Shown: in pieces, positions 39,918-49,519 of the stretch | How positions within the stretch are numbered: position 1 is the first letter of the stretch | Layout: each line of letters starts with the position of its first letter | Source of the DNA: Candidatus Limosilactobacillus merdigallinarum | Lineage (GTDB): Bacteria > Bacillota > Bacilli > Lactobacillales > Lactobacillaceae | Direction of reading: 5' to 3' | Length of the DNA stretch: 64,000 nt | NCBI GenBank assembly: GCA_019114515.1 | Contig: DXFH01000011.1 | Coordinates: 73,631-137,630, forward strand | Position numbers and translations under genes: made by a program | The notes under the pieces: generated by a model | What the model saw: only the letters and a program-made list of their open reading frames with translations | What the model was told of the DNA's origin: nothing | The model's database searches: none

Positions 39918-40601
39918 GTGATGGAAGAAGCAACGATTAAATTAACGAATGTCAATAAGCATTATGGCCATGGCCGTGGATTAGTGTATGCACTGCAGGA
40001 TATTAATTTTAGTGCCCATCCTGGTGAACTTACATTAATTTTGGGCCCGTCCGGATCCGGCAAATCCACCTTCTTGACGATTGCTGGAGGTTTAAGAAAG
40101 CCGAGCAGCGGGCAGGTAATGTTGGCTGGCCAAGATATCAGTCATCTGAGTAACAAGAAACTAGACAAATTGCGCCTGAACCACGTTGGCTTTGTCCTGC
40201 AATCTTATAACTTATTGCCATATCTGAATGTGGATGAACAGTTTGAGCTGGTAAGAAGGGTTAGGCCTGATGGCAACTTATCAGTGAGCGAATTAACCAG
40301 GTTATTAGAAGAATTAGGCATAGGCGATTTACGCAGTCAGTATCCAGATCAATTATCCGGCGGTCAAAACCAAAGAGTAGCGATTGCCCGGGCACTCTAT
40401 ACCAACCCGGATATTGTGTTAGCTGATGAGCCAACTGCTGCTTTGGATAGTGCTCGGGTAGCGGTAGTTGGAAAAGAACTGCAACGCTTGGCACAGCAAA
40501 GGCATAAGACGGTTATCGTAGTGACTCATGATTTACGGTTGAAAGAACATGCTGACCGCATCTACCAAATTAATGATGGTAAATTAAGTCGCAAAAGGTA
40601 A
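39918..40601 (+). CDS. ABC transporter ATP-binding protein
   Basis: Walker A GPSGSGKSTFL, signature [14 protein letters not shown] and Walker B IVLADEPTAALD. The start may be ATG 39921. Confidence 0.93.
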   Translation: MMEEATIKLTNVNKHYGHGRGLVYALQDINFSAHPGELTLILGPSGSGKSTFLTIAGGLRKPSSGQVMLAGQDISHLSNKKLDKLRLNHVGFVLQSYNLLPYLNVDEQFELVRRVRPDGNLSVSELTRLLEELGIGDLRSQYPDQLSGGQNQRVAIARALYTNPDIVLADEPTAALDSARVAVVGKELQRLAQQRHKTVIVVTHDLRLKEHADRIYQINDGKLSRKR

Positions 40602-42616
40602 TGACAGCTTTTAGGCAGCAGAAAGCGAGTGAATTAATGGCCTACTTAGAATTACATGATATTCATAAATCTTATTTCCTGGGAAATAATGAGTTTCCCG
40701 TAATAAAGGGGATTAATCTGAACTTTGAACGGGGCGAATTTGTGTCCATATTAGGTGAATCAGGTGGCGGGAAATCAACTTTAATGAATATTGTGGGTGG
40801 CTTAGACCGTAAGTTTAAGGGACAAGTATATGTTGACGGTCAGCTGCTGGATCACCAAAAAGAGCAGCAGCTAGATGAGTATCGACGAGCAACGGTTGGA
40901 CATATTTATCAAGCCTACAACTTAATTGCTCATCTGACAGTCTTAGACAATGTAATGGTGCCCCTCGATATGACCAAGCTATCAGCAAGCGAAAAGCGTG
41001 CGCGTGCAGTTAAACTATTGCAGGACGTGGGTTTAAGCGATCAAATCAACAAGCATCCGAACCAGCTGTCTGGCGGACAAAAGCAACGGGTCGCAATTGC
41101 CCGGGCGTTAGCATCCGATCCACAAATTATCATTGCTGATGAGCCCACGGGTGCGTTGGATGCAAAAAACACTCAAGAGGTATTAGATCTACTAGATCAA
41201 ATTGCTAAGGACGGCAAATTAGTGATTGCGGTGACGCACTCAGCTGCCGTTGCTAATCATGGTACGCGAATTGTCCATTTGGAAAATGGTCAAATCAACA
41301 AGGATGAACGGTTAAAACCCGCTTATCCATTGCCAGATAATCCAACTCATATTGAAACGGTTAAAATGCCGGCTCGAGATAGCTACCGCCTGTCGTTTAA
41401 ACATTTAATGTATAACTTTGCTCGTAATTCATTGATTATGCTAGGAGTTGCAATTGGCTTATTTTCGGTGATGCTTTTTAGCGGATTAGGCAACGGCATC
41501 AACGGCTATATTGCTGATCAAGTTAATTCGATGGTTAACCCGCAGTGGATTGGGGTAATGAAAAACCCATCGGGCAGGAAGATGAATCAAGAGGAGTTAA
41601 TGGGCGCAATGCGCAATATGGCATCGAATACGCAAGCCTCCTTGATCAGTGATAGTCGACTTCACCGTTTGAAGAACGTTGAAGGGGTAAGTCAAGTTGC
41701 ACCGACTTACTACTTACCAACTTATCAGCTGTCTTATAAGAATAAGCAGCAGGCTGGAAGTGGCATTACCACTTGGTCGGCTGGTCAGCGTGCCAATAAC
41801 ATTAAAAATGGCCATATTCCGCATAAGGGTGAAATGGTACTGAGCAAGCAAGAAGCTGCTGCCCTAGTGGGGGCCAAGAACTATAAGCAGGCGGTTGGCA
41901 AACAAGTTAACATTCGCTTTAACTGGGTCAACAAGCAGGGACAGCCGGTCGCAATCAATAGTCAATATAAAGTCGTTGGCTTAGTTGACGGAACCGGGGC
42001 CAGTTCATACTTGAACTACCAATCTGTAAGGGAATCACTCAGAAATGCCAATGCAGAAACGAACGTTAATAACGTGTCCGTTAAGGTGAAAAGCTTAGCA
42101 GAGGTTGACCAGGTTGCTAGTCAAATTGAAAACATACGCGCCAACAATAATAAGCGTCTTTTTGGGGCCATTACCGTTGGCTCAATGCTGAAACGGATCA
42201 ATACATACGTCCGTCTTGCTTCTGATGTTTTAGCCGGCGTGGCTGGTATTTCCCTATTAGTTTCTGCGTTGATGATTATTGTGACGATGTACATGTCAGT
42301 TTCCGAACGTACCAAGGAAATCGGTATTCTACGTGCCTTGGGTGGACGCAAGAAGGATGTACGACGTCTATTTACCTCTGAGTCGATTTTAATTGGCTTA
42401 TTTGGGGCTGTCTTTGCATTGATCATCACTTTGATTGCAACGGCTGCTATTAATCATGGCTTCTACCCATTAATTAAATATCATATTATTCAGCTGACTA
42501 CTAGTAACGTCATCTTTGCATTTGCTGTAGCAATCGTCATTGCCTGGTTGGCGGCTTTGCTTCCTTCAAGAAGGGCGGCCAACTTGAATCCGATTGATGC
42601 ATTAGCGGCTGAATAA
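40601..42616 (+). CDS. MacB-type fused ABC ATPase-FtsX permease
   Basis: 671-aa ORF. The N-terminal NBD has [26 protein letters not shown] and [12 protein letters not shown]. An FtsX permease follows, ending [11 protein letters not shown]. An alternative start is ATG 40637. Confidence 0.9.
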   Translation: MTAFRQQKASELMAYLELHDIHKSYFLGNNEFPVIKGINLNFERGEFVSILGESGGGKSTLMNIVGGLDRKFKGQVYVDGQLLDHQKEQQLDEYRRATVGHIYQAYNLIAHLTVLDNVMVPLDMTKLSASEKRARAVKLLQDVGLSDQINKHPNQLSGGQKQRVAIARALASDPQIIIADEPTGALDAKNTQEVLDLLDQIAKDGKLVIAVTHSAAVANHGTRIVHLENGQINKDERLKPAYPLPDNPTHIETVKMPARDSYRLSFKHLMYNFARNSLIMLGVAIGLFSVMLFSGLGNGINGYIADQVNSMVNPQWIGVMKNPSGRKMNQEELMGAMRNMASNTQASLISDSRLHRLKNVEGVSQVAPTYYLPTYQLSYKNKQQAGSGITTWSAGQRANNIKNGHIPHKGEMVLSKQEAAALVGAKNYKQAVGKQVNIRFNWVNKQGQPVAINSQYKVVGLVDGTGASSYLNYQSVRESLRNANAETNVNNVSVKVKSLAEVDQVASQIENIRANNNKRLFGAITVGSMLKRINTYVRLASDVLAGVAGISLLVSALMIIVTMYMSVSERTKEIGILRALGGRKKDVRRLFTSESILIGLFGAVFALIITLIATAAINHGFYPLIKYHIIQLTTSNVIFAFAVAIVIAWLAALLPSRRAANLNPIDALAAE

Positions 42617-42637
42617 AATAATCCTCATAAATGACAT

Positions 42638-42682
42638 AAGCTGTGATAGTTGCTTTTAAAGGTGATATCACAGCTTTTTTAT
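42638..42682 (+). terminator. Rho-independent terminator after the MacB-type gene
   Basis: AGCTGTGATA ... TATCACAGCT followed by TTTTTTATT. Confidence 0.75.
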
Positions 42683-42774
42683 TGCTAAAATGCCAGCTTA
42701 ATGGTAGAATTATGAGAAAAATTTAATTCTACTGTTATTTAAAGTATTAGTGCTATAGAAATGGGGAAGGAATT

Positions 42775-44214
42775 ATGAATCTTTGGAAACGAATATCGAT
42801 AAAAGAAGATCCAAAAACGTATGAAATTAAGGATGCCCATCTAGCACGAACATTGCGGGTGCGTGACTTCTTAGGATTAGGTGTTGGGACCATCGTTTCC
42901 GCGTCTATTTTTACCCTGCCTGGTGAAGTTGCTGCACGGCACGCCGGCCCAGCCGTAATGATTTCATTTGTCTTAGCTGCCATCGTAGCCGGTTTAGTTG
43001 CTTTTGCTTATGCCGAAATGGCGGCGGCCATGCCTTTTGCTGGTTCTGCCTATTCTTGGATCAACGTTATCTTCGGTGAATTTTTCGGTTGGATTGCTGG
43101 TTGGGCACTGTTAGCTGAATACTTTATCGCACTAGCCTTTGTCGGCTCCGGTTTATCGGCAAACTTTCGGGCTTTAATTGCTCAGTTTGGCTGGCAATTA
43201 CCGAATTCGCTCTCCAATACGTTCGGTACAAACGGTGGCGTTATGGATTTAGTTTCCGTCATCGTGATTGTTGCCGTAGCATTATTGATCTCACGTGGGG
43301 TTAGCAACGCAGCTATAGTGGAAAACCTCCTCGTGATCTTAAAGGTATTCGCTATCTTGTTATTTGTCGTTGTTGGTTTGTTTGCCGTTAAGAAAGCTAA
43401 CTTTATTCCTTTCGTTCCTAAGTACAGGATGACCTCATATGGTGCATTTGGTGGCTGGCAAGGAATTTACGCTGGCGTTTCAATGATTTTCCTGTCATAC
43501 ATTGGTTTTGACTCTATTGCCGCTAACTCTGCTGAAGCGGTCAAACCAGAAAAAACGATGCCCCGAGGAATTCTTGGCTCATTGGTCATTGCGGTGATCT
43601 TATTTGTACTGGTTAGCTTTGTGCTTATTGGGGTTATGCCTTACAAGCGTTACATTAATTCAGCGGAACCAGTGGGCTTCGCTTTACGGGCCATTGGTCA
43701 TCCTGGAGTTGCCATTGTGGTTCAGACCATTGCGGTTATTGGGATGTTTACGGCACTGATCGGGATGACTTTAGCCGGATCACGTTTGATTTACTCCTTC
43801 GGTCGTGACGGCATGCTACCAAAGTGGCTTGGTCAATTAGATGAGAAAAATCGGCCTAACCATGCTTTAGCTTTGTTAACCATTGTTGCGGTGGTGATTG
43901 TGGCATTCCTGCCATTTGCTTTTTTGTCACAATTAGTTTCAGCTGGCACGTTGATTTCCTTCATGTTCGTTTCGCTAGGTATTTATGCACTGCGTCAACG
44001 TGAAGGAAAGGATATTCCAGATCCTGATTTTAAGATGCCACTTTATCCCGTAATGCCGTTCTTAGGCTTTTTGGCTTCATTGATGGTCTTCCTTGGTTTA
44101 AGCAACGATGCAAAGACTTATGCGGGGATTTGGTTCCTGATCGGGTTGGTTATCTACTTTGTATATGGGATTAATCATTCGGCATTGAGTAAGCGGATGA
44201 GTAATAAAGAATAA
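42775..44214 (+). CDS. APC-superfamily amino acid permease
   Basis: 479-aa 12-TM ORF. The N-terminus LARTLRVRDFLGLGVGTIVSASIFTLPG is typical of YfnA/cationic amino-acid permease relatives. Confidence 0.9.
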   Translation: MNLWKRISIKEDPKTYEIKDAHLARTLRVRDFLGLGVGTIVSASIFTLPGEVAARHAGPAVMISFVLAAIVAGLVAFAYAEMAAAMPFAGSAYSWINVIFGEFFGWIAGWALLAEYFIALAFVGSGLSANFRALIAQFGWQLPNSLSNTFGTNGGVMDLVSVIVIVAVALLISRGVSNAAIVENLLVILKVFAILLFVVVGLFAVKKANFIPFVPKYRMTSYGAFGGWQGIYAGVSMIFLSYIGFDSIAANSAEAVKPEKTMPRGILGSLVIAVILFVLVSFVLIGVMPYKRYINSAEPVGFALRAIGHPGVAIVVQTIAVIGMFTALIGMTLAGSRLIYSFGRDGMLPKWLGQLDEKNRPNHALALLTIVAVVIVAFLPFAFLSQLVSAGTLISFMFVSLGIYALRQREGKDIPDPDFKMPLYPVMPFLGFLASLMVFLGLSNDAKTYAGIWFLIGLVIYFVYGINHSALSKRMSNKE

Positions 44215-44252
44215 ATATAATTAGATGATCTGAATTGATGGATTTAGAATCA

Positions 44253-44292
44253 GACGCTATGACTTGCTTAATGACAAGTTATAGCGTTTTTT
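44253..44292 (+). terminator. Rho-independent terminator after the amino acid permease
   Basis: ACGCTATGACTTG-loop-CAAGTTATAGCGT followed by TTTTTT. Confidence 0.8.
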
Positions 44293-44332
44293 AATCCCTT
44301 AAAACGCATAAAAATCTTTTATTTCATCAAAT

Positions 44333-44370
44333 AATGAGTTAATATTAATTAAAATGAATTAATATACAAA
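44333..44370 (+). promoter_or_regulatory. Two tandem ARG-box-like operators upstream of argR
   Basis: AATGAGTTAATATTAATT (44333-44350) and AATGAATTAATATACAAA (44353-44370). Both resemble the Bacillus ARG box CATGAATAAAAATKCAAK, with a 20-nt centre-to-centre spacing. Confidence 0.5.
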
Positions 44371-44376
44371 GAGGAA

Positions 44377-44847
44377 ATGTTTATGAACCATAAAGCGCGG
44401 CGTCAATTGATTTTGAAACTGGTTAACGAAAACCAGATTACGACCCAGGAACAATTGTTGGGCCTCTTAAAAGAACAAGGGGTAGTGGCCACTCAAGCCA
44501 CTGTGTCACGGGATATTCATGCATTAAATATTGTTAAGGCTAGTGATGGCCAGGGTGTAACATTTTATAAACAGTTGCAAGTGGATACCGCTGACCAGCA
44601 TCAGCGGTTATACGACGCTATTCATAACAGTGTCGTTTCGGCTACAGTAGTCCAGTTCATGAATGTAATAAAAACGACCCCCAATTCAAGTTATGCGACA
44701 GTTTTGGCAGGTTTATTGGATGACAGTGATTTGACTGATATTGTCGGCACCTTGGCCGGAAATGATACTTTGATTACCATTAGCAAAACGAATGAAAGTG
44801 CCAACGTTGTTAACCGGTTAATTAAGGACCACATGAACATTAGTTAA
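44377..44847 (+). CDS. argR: Arginine repressor family regulator
   Basis: KARRQLILKLVNENQITTQEQLLGLLKEQGVVATQATVSRDIHALNIVK, the winged-helix region of ArgR/AhrC. The start is probably the second ATG, at 44383. Confidence 0.9.
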   Translation: MFMNHKARRQLILKLVNENQITTQEQLLGLLKEQGVVATQATVSRDIHALNIVKASDGQGVTFYKQLQVDTADQHQRLYDAIHNSVVSATVVQFMNVIKTTPNSSYATVLAGLLDDSDLTDIVGTLAGNDTLITISKTNESANVVNRLIKDHMNIS

Positions 44848-44915
44848 AATAAACAGTTAAATAATTTTCGGTATGACTAAATTAGTGCCATTATAACTAA
44901 TGAAGGCGTTAGACA

Positions 44916-45155
44916 ATGGTCACAGTATATGTAGATTCAGATGTTGAAAAGCATCCAGAGTATTTTCACTGTTCTGATTTGAGTCGCGGTGAAGCAGAAG
45001 TTGAAAATATCGGCAGCCAGCCGGTGTTGAATTTTGCGTTTGCCGATCATGCGCACCCTAGCTTTTGGGTTAATTTAAAGACGCTGCACAATGGACAGCG
45101 GGTTAAGGTTGATGTGATTAACCAACAGGAACAGTTCCAGTTAGCAGTCAAGTAA
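44916..45155 (+). CDS. Hypothetical protein (79 aa)
   Basis: The ORF is bounded by a strong downstream terminator. I recognise no motif. Confidence 0.5.
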   Translation: MVTVYVDSDVEKHPEYFHCSDLSRGEAEVENIGSQPVLNFAFADHAHPSFWVNLKTLHNGQRVKVDVINQQEQFQLAVK

Positions 45156-45169
45156 GTTGGTTAATAGAC

Positions 45170-45201
45170 AAAAAGAGCTCCAAATTCTGGAGCTCTTTTT
45201 A
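45170..45201. terminator. Bidirectional terminator between convergent genes
   Basis: AAAAAGAGCTCCA-AATT-CTGGAGCTCTTTTT. Confidence 0.85.
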
Positions 45202-45211
45202 ATTATGCAAT

Positions 45212-45526
45212 TTATTGGCCGATTTTTTCGTTTTTAAGGCTGTTAACGGCGTCGGCAATTAAAGTCATTACGACAGGGTTATCAAGACGGTAAACGACCT
45301 GTTTTCCGTGTCTTACAGCGGAAACAAAATGCTTCTTGCGTAACAGCTTCAATTGATGTGAAACTGCAGATTGTTCCCAGTCTAAGCTCTGCGAAATTTG
45401 TGACACAGTCATTGAGTTTTGGATTAGTAAATAAAGGAGTTGTAGCCGTTTCGGATGTCCTAATATTTTGAACAAGTTGCTTACGGAGTTCAACTCATCC
45501 AGGTTAGAAAGCTGGTATTGAATCAT
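45212..45526 (-). CDS. ArsR/SmtB-family HTH regulator
   Basis: 104-aa ORF with HPKRLQLLYLLIQNSMTVSQISQSLDWEQSAVSHQLKLLR. Confidence 0.88.
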   Translation of the reverse strand: MIQYQLSNLDELNSVSNLFKILGHPKRLQLLYLLIQNSMTVSQISQSLDWEQSAVSHQLKLLRKKHFVSAVRHGKQVVYRLDNPVVMTLIADAVNSLKNEKIGQ

Positions 45527-45661
45527 GCCTACACACCTTCTTGAATAGTAACTAATTAAATTATAAGCTTCCCATTTCGCATTTCAAAGGGCAATCAGCA
45601 TTAAAAAATAAACTGTTGCCTGTCTATCCATTGTGTGTGCATTTTGATCGATTTTGAAATT

Positions 45662-45699
45662 AAAAAACCGCTAGTATTCCATCATTGCTAGCGGTTTTA
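45662..45699 (-). terminator. Rho-independent terminator after the LysM hydrolase gene
   Basis: AAACCGCTAG-loop-CTAGCGGTTT, with TTTTAATTT on the minus strand. Confidence 0.75.
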
Positions 45700-45719
45700 A
45701 TTATGATACAAGTAATTAT

Positions 45720-47828
45720 TTACAGTGATAAATTCTGACCAACGTAAATGGTGTATGGACTTTGCAAACCGTTTTTGGCTGCTAGGCTAGTCCAATCTAA
45801 GCCATAACGGGCAGCAATGCCAGATAAGGTATCACCACTTTGAACCGTGTAACCGCCTTGACTAGTGGACTGGCTGCTGTAGTTGGCAGCACTGCCACCT
45901 AAGCGGATGGTTTGGCCAACGTAAATTTCATTCGGATTACTGATACCGTTTAATTGGGCTAATACTTCATAACTAGTGCCGTAACGAGCAGCGATGCCAG
46001 ATAAAGTATCGCCGCTTTGCACCGTGTAAGAACCGGCTGCACGGCTCACAGTTTGATTAGGAGTGGAACTAGCGCCACTAACCTTAATGACCTGACCCAC
46101 GTAAATGTCGTTCGGATTACTAATGCCATTAAGCTGAGCCAGTGTCTCATAAGACGTACCGAATTGATCTGCAATGCCAGACAGGGTATCACCACTCTTA
46201 ACCGTGTAAGAGCCAGCGGCTGGTTGACTATTATTGCTGTAGTTCACGTGGCTGCCACCATTCAAACGCAATACTTGACCAACAAAAATTTGGTTAGGGT
46301 TGCTGATGTCGTTCAAGCTAGCAATGGTTTGGTAATTGGTACCAAAGCGCTGAGCAATGCCAGATAGGGTGTCGCCACTTTGAACCGTGTATGAATCTGC
46401 ACTAGCAGAAGGGCTTGATTGTGGCTGACTAGCATTATTGTTGCTGCTTAACTGCAGTACTTGGCCAACATAAATCAGGCTCGGATTGCTCAGGTGGTTG
46501 ATTTGTGCTAATGCTTCCCAACTCGTTCCATGACTGTCGGCAATGCCAGACAGGGTATCACCGCTTTGAACGGTGTATGTACCACTTGCGTTGTTAGTGT
46601 TTTGCGCAGGAGTGTTGTTAGCCGGCTGCGAAGGCTGACTGTTGTTACTGGTTTCAGTACGAACGAGCAGACGCTGACCAACGTAAATTAAGTTAGGATT
46701 GTTCAAGCCGTTCATGTTAGCTAATGTGGCAACGCTGGTGTTGAACTCGTTAGCGATGCCGGATAAGGTGTCGCCGCTTTGAACCGTGTAGTAGTTGGAT
46801 GAATTACTGTTTACGGAACCGCCATTGCCATTATTTTGATCCGGCAAGATAGCGGTAGAACCTGATAGCGCAACGTGGTCCAGCTGGGTCAGGTTGTAGG
46901 TTTGAATCAGGTTGTTTAAAGAGTAGGCGTAGCTTGGATCAGTAGCATAACCATCAATGTGTAACTTGTAGGTAACGTCAGAATAGTTAGTGTCACCTAA
47001 AAGGTTGTGGTAACGGCTGTTGCTGTACAAGAAGTTTCCGTGGTCTTCAACCGATGCGGAGTTGTTCGGGTAAGCACGGAAATAAGCATTAACATAAACA
47101 CTACGACCGCCATACACTTCGCGAGTAGGCATATTAACTGATTGACCATTGTATGATCCCTTAATGCCGAACAGGTTATGAGCTTGTGTTGATAGGCTAG
47201 AGCCTCCCCAACCGCTTTCCAAAATGGCTTGGGCAACGGTAACGGATGGTAAAACTCCATACTTGTGCCAGCCGTTGATGGCTCCAGGAGCAACACTTTC
47301 GATGAATTGCTGGCAACGTGCATTGTTGCTAAAATGCAGCGAGTTTAGGTCAACTTGGTTCGTTGTAGCAGGAGTAGCAGCAAAACTAACAACGGCTTGT
47401 TTCCGGGCCAGCGTAGTAACTTTACTTTGGTTGGCTAAGTTTAGCGTCTGTGTACTGGTGGAAGCAGATGTAGCAGCGTTGCTTGTCGATGAGGCTGCAC
47501 TATTATTGCTGTTAGCAGCGCTGGCACTGGCTTGACTATCGCTGGTAAAGGAAACGGTTGCGACTGTTGCCTGTGAACTATTTGCGACGCTGGCACTATT
47601 GTTAGTGCTGCTGGTCGTTGGCTTCAAGACAGTTGGCTGATCACTGTCAGAATTATCGTTTTGTGCCCCTACTTTTTGCTGATTGCTTTGTTGATTAGCG
47701 GCGTCAGCGTGAGCAGTTGTCATGCCAGCGGTGAAAAGGGTGAGTGCGCAAAGACTAGCAAACATCCACTTGCGACCGCTCTTGTACATTTTGTAATGAA
47801 TGGTTGAATCTGATGGATTATTCAACAT
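45720..47828 (-). CDS. Secreted peptidoglycan hydrolase: KxYKxGKxW signal, Ser/Ala/Asn-rich linker, GH73 glucosaminidase domain, six LysM repeats
   Basis: 702-aa [19 protein letters not shown] signal, GH73 core [26 protein letters not shown], and six [13 protein letters not shown] LysM units. Confidence 0.92.
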   Translation of the reverse strand: MLNNPSDSTIHYKMYKSGRKWMFASLCALTLFTAGMTTAHADAANQQSNQQKVGAQNDNSDSDQPTVLKPTTSSTNNSASVANSSQATVATVSFTSDSQASASAANSNNSAASSTSNAATSASTSTQTLNLANQSKVTTLARKQAVVSFAATPATTNQVDLNSLHFSNNARCQQFIESVAPGAINGWHKYGVLPSVTVAQAILESGWGGSSLSTQAHNLFGIKGSYNGQSVNMPTREVYGGRSVYVNAYFRAYPNNSASVEDHGNFLYSNSRYHNLLGDTNYSDVTYKLHIDGYATDPSYAYSLNNLIQTYNLTQLDHVALSGSTAILPDQNNGNGGSVNSNSSNYYTVQSGDTLSGIANEFNTSVATLANMNGLNNPNLIYVGQRLLVRTETSNNSQPSQPANNTPAQNTNNASGTYTVQSGDTLSGIADSHGTSWEALAQINHLSNPSLIYVGQVLQLSSNNNASQPQSSPSASADSYTVQSGDTLSGIAQRFGTNYQTIASLNDISNPNQIFVGQVLRLNGGSHVNYSNNSQPAAGSYTVKSGDTLSGIADQFGTSYETLAQLNGISNPNDIYVGQVIKVSGASSTPNQTVSRAAGSYTVQSGDTLSGIAARYGTSYEVLAQLNGISNPNEIYVGQTIRLGGSAANYSSQSTSQGGYTVQSGDTLSGIAARYGLDWTSLAAKNGLQSPYTIYVGQNLSL
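45723..46805 (-). repeat. Six in-frame LysM-coding repeats (~180-210 nt period)
   Basis: A recurring plus-strand block GCCAGAYARGGTRTCRCCRCTYTKAACCGTGTA lies near 45821, 45996, 46176, 46361, 46546 and 46756. Confidence 0.85.
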
Positions 47829-48159
47829 TGTACAGGACTCCTTTTAAGTAATTACTTGATCAATGCTTGAAATATTTTTAATGATCTTAATAAATTCATA
47901 AGATCTTAAACAATTTTAAACTATCATTATTTATTAATTGGTGCAAAGAATTTTATCAAAATTTGGGTATTTTTTTGGATCTTATTAATAGGGTGAAAAG
48001 AAGACAGGATGCGTCATCAAATTAGCTTTTCAGACTTAAAAAATTACCAAAGCAATCGCGACCACCGTAGTTAGTCAGCATTTGGTCATTTCTTTGATAA
48101 AATCAACAAACCGTGATGTCGCTAATTTGAAAGCGCATCAAAAAAGTTCTAAAAATTTT

Positions 48160-48198
48160 TGATAAACGTTTGACAATTTATCGTTTCAATGATAAATT
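48160..48198 (+). promoter_or_regulatory. Promoter with overlapping LacI-type palindrome upstream of the MFS-scrP operon
   Basis: TTGACA (48170-48175), a 17-nt spacer, then TAAATT (48193-48198). The 16-bp imperfect palindrome TGATAAACGTTTGACA at 48160-48175 overlaps the -35 element. Confidence 0.5.
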
Positions 48199-48265
48199 TT
48201 TATGCGATTGAAGGCGCTGCCGTCAGTCCGCAGAATCTGTTTCTAAGTTATTTGAGGTTTTAGTT

Positions 48266-49489
48266 ATGCAGAATAAGAATTCAATGATTACGAAACTGGC
48301 TTTCTTATCAGTTTCATTCATGTTAACGAGTGCTTATGCGGTTCAGAGTGCTTTGCCTCAATTGAAGGCATCACTTGCAATAACGCAGACGCAATCGGAA
48401 TACATGGCTACGACGCCATCATTTGCCGTAATGATCTTTGTAGTTTTATCACCATTTCTCCAACGCTGGTTTCATATTTCGGATAAGAAAATGATCATGG
48501 CAGGGGTCACGATCGTAGGTGTAATGGGACTGGTACCGTTCTTCCCAATTCACAGCTACCTAATCATTTTAGGGTCACGCTTGTTATTGGGTGCCGGTTT
48601 TGGTTTGTACAACTCTCAAGCCATTTCCATGATCTCGGTCTGGTACGACGGTGCTACCAGGGCACAAATGCTTGGCTGGCGTGCTGCCGCTGAACAAATT
48701 GGTCAAGCAACCACCTTATTCATCGCTGGTTTGTTGCTGAGCGTCGCTGGTTGGCATGCATCGTTCTTAGTTTACCTGTTATCCTTTGTCGCTTTGATCT
48801 TCTTTGGCATTCGGGTGCCAGATGATTCCAAGAGCCCCGCTGCTGAAAAAGAAGTGTCTGAAGACGTCGATAACATGGTAGAAGACGTCGAAGAAGACCC
48901 GATTAAGAAGACCAGCCCAGTGGTGTACCTCTTGGTATTGTTCGCTTTCCTATTAGTTGTTGATTATGTAGGGATGGAAAACCGTTTCCCAGGGTTAGCC
49001 GTCACCATTAAGGGTGCTAATTACACCGGTTCATCTAATTTCTTATCACTGATGTTAATTGGGGCAACGCTAGGTGGTCTTTTCTACGGTTCCATCCAAA
49101 AGCGTCTGGGCTTCGGTACTGTTTATCTGGGACTAGGGTTGATGGCTCTGTCTAACTTCTTGTTTTACTTTGCCGGCAACCAATTCTGGTTATTAGTGGT
49201 CGGTCTGCTGTTGATTGGTTTTCCACTTCAATTGGTCTCACCATTGATCTTTAACCTGTTACCGGGATTAGCACCGGAAAAACGGCAGCCATTAGTTACT
49301 TCAATGGTCCTGATTGGTTTTAACTTCGGTGCATTCTTCTCACCAACGATTGCTGAATGGACCAACCATTTGATGCACGCACCAATGAGTGGTTACGGAC
49401 TGGCAGCACCATTTTTAGTTTATGGGATTGGCCTGTTAGCAATTGCGCTGATTATTTTTGTTGCTCGTCGTGCTCATCACGTAGAATAA
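48266..49489 (+). CDS. MFS transporter (substrate unknown; co-oriented with sucrose phosphorylase)
   Basis: 407-aa polytopic ORF with a central hydrophilic loop. It ends 30 nt before scrP. Confidence 0.85.
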   Translation: MQNKNSMITKLAFLSVSFMLTSAYAVQSALPQLKASLAITQTQSEYMATTPSFAVMIFVVLSPFLQRWFHISDKKMIMAGVTIVGVMGLVPFFPIHSYLIILGSRLLLGAGFGLYNSQAISMISVWYDGATRAQMLGWRAAAEQIGQATTLFIAGLLLSVAGWHASFLVYLLSFVALIFFGIRVPDDSKSPAAEKEVSEDVDNMVEDVEEDPIKKTSPVVYLLVLFAFLLVVDYVGMENRFPGLAVTIKGANYTGSSNFLSLMLIGATLGGLFYGSIQKRLGFGTVYLGLGLMALSNFLFYFAGNQFWLLVVGLLLIGFPLQLVSPLIFNLLPGLAPEKRQPLVTSMVLIGFNFGAFFSPTIAEWTNHLMHAPMSGYGLAAPFLVYGIGLLAIALIIFVARRAHHVE

Positions 49490-49519
49490 CTTAACCAAAC
49501 ATATAGGAGGAAAACGATT

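Noticed and set aside
48160-48175. Possible catabolite-responsive element (cre) at the scrP operon promoter and at 36960-36975.
   Set aside because: Only the central TAAACGTTT fits. The outer TG/CA positions are displaced by one base in each half-site, so it does not satisfy the 14-nt TGWAANCGNTNWCA pattern.
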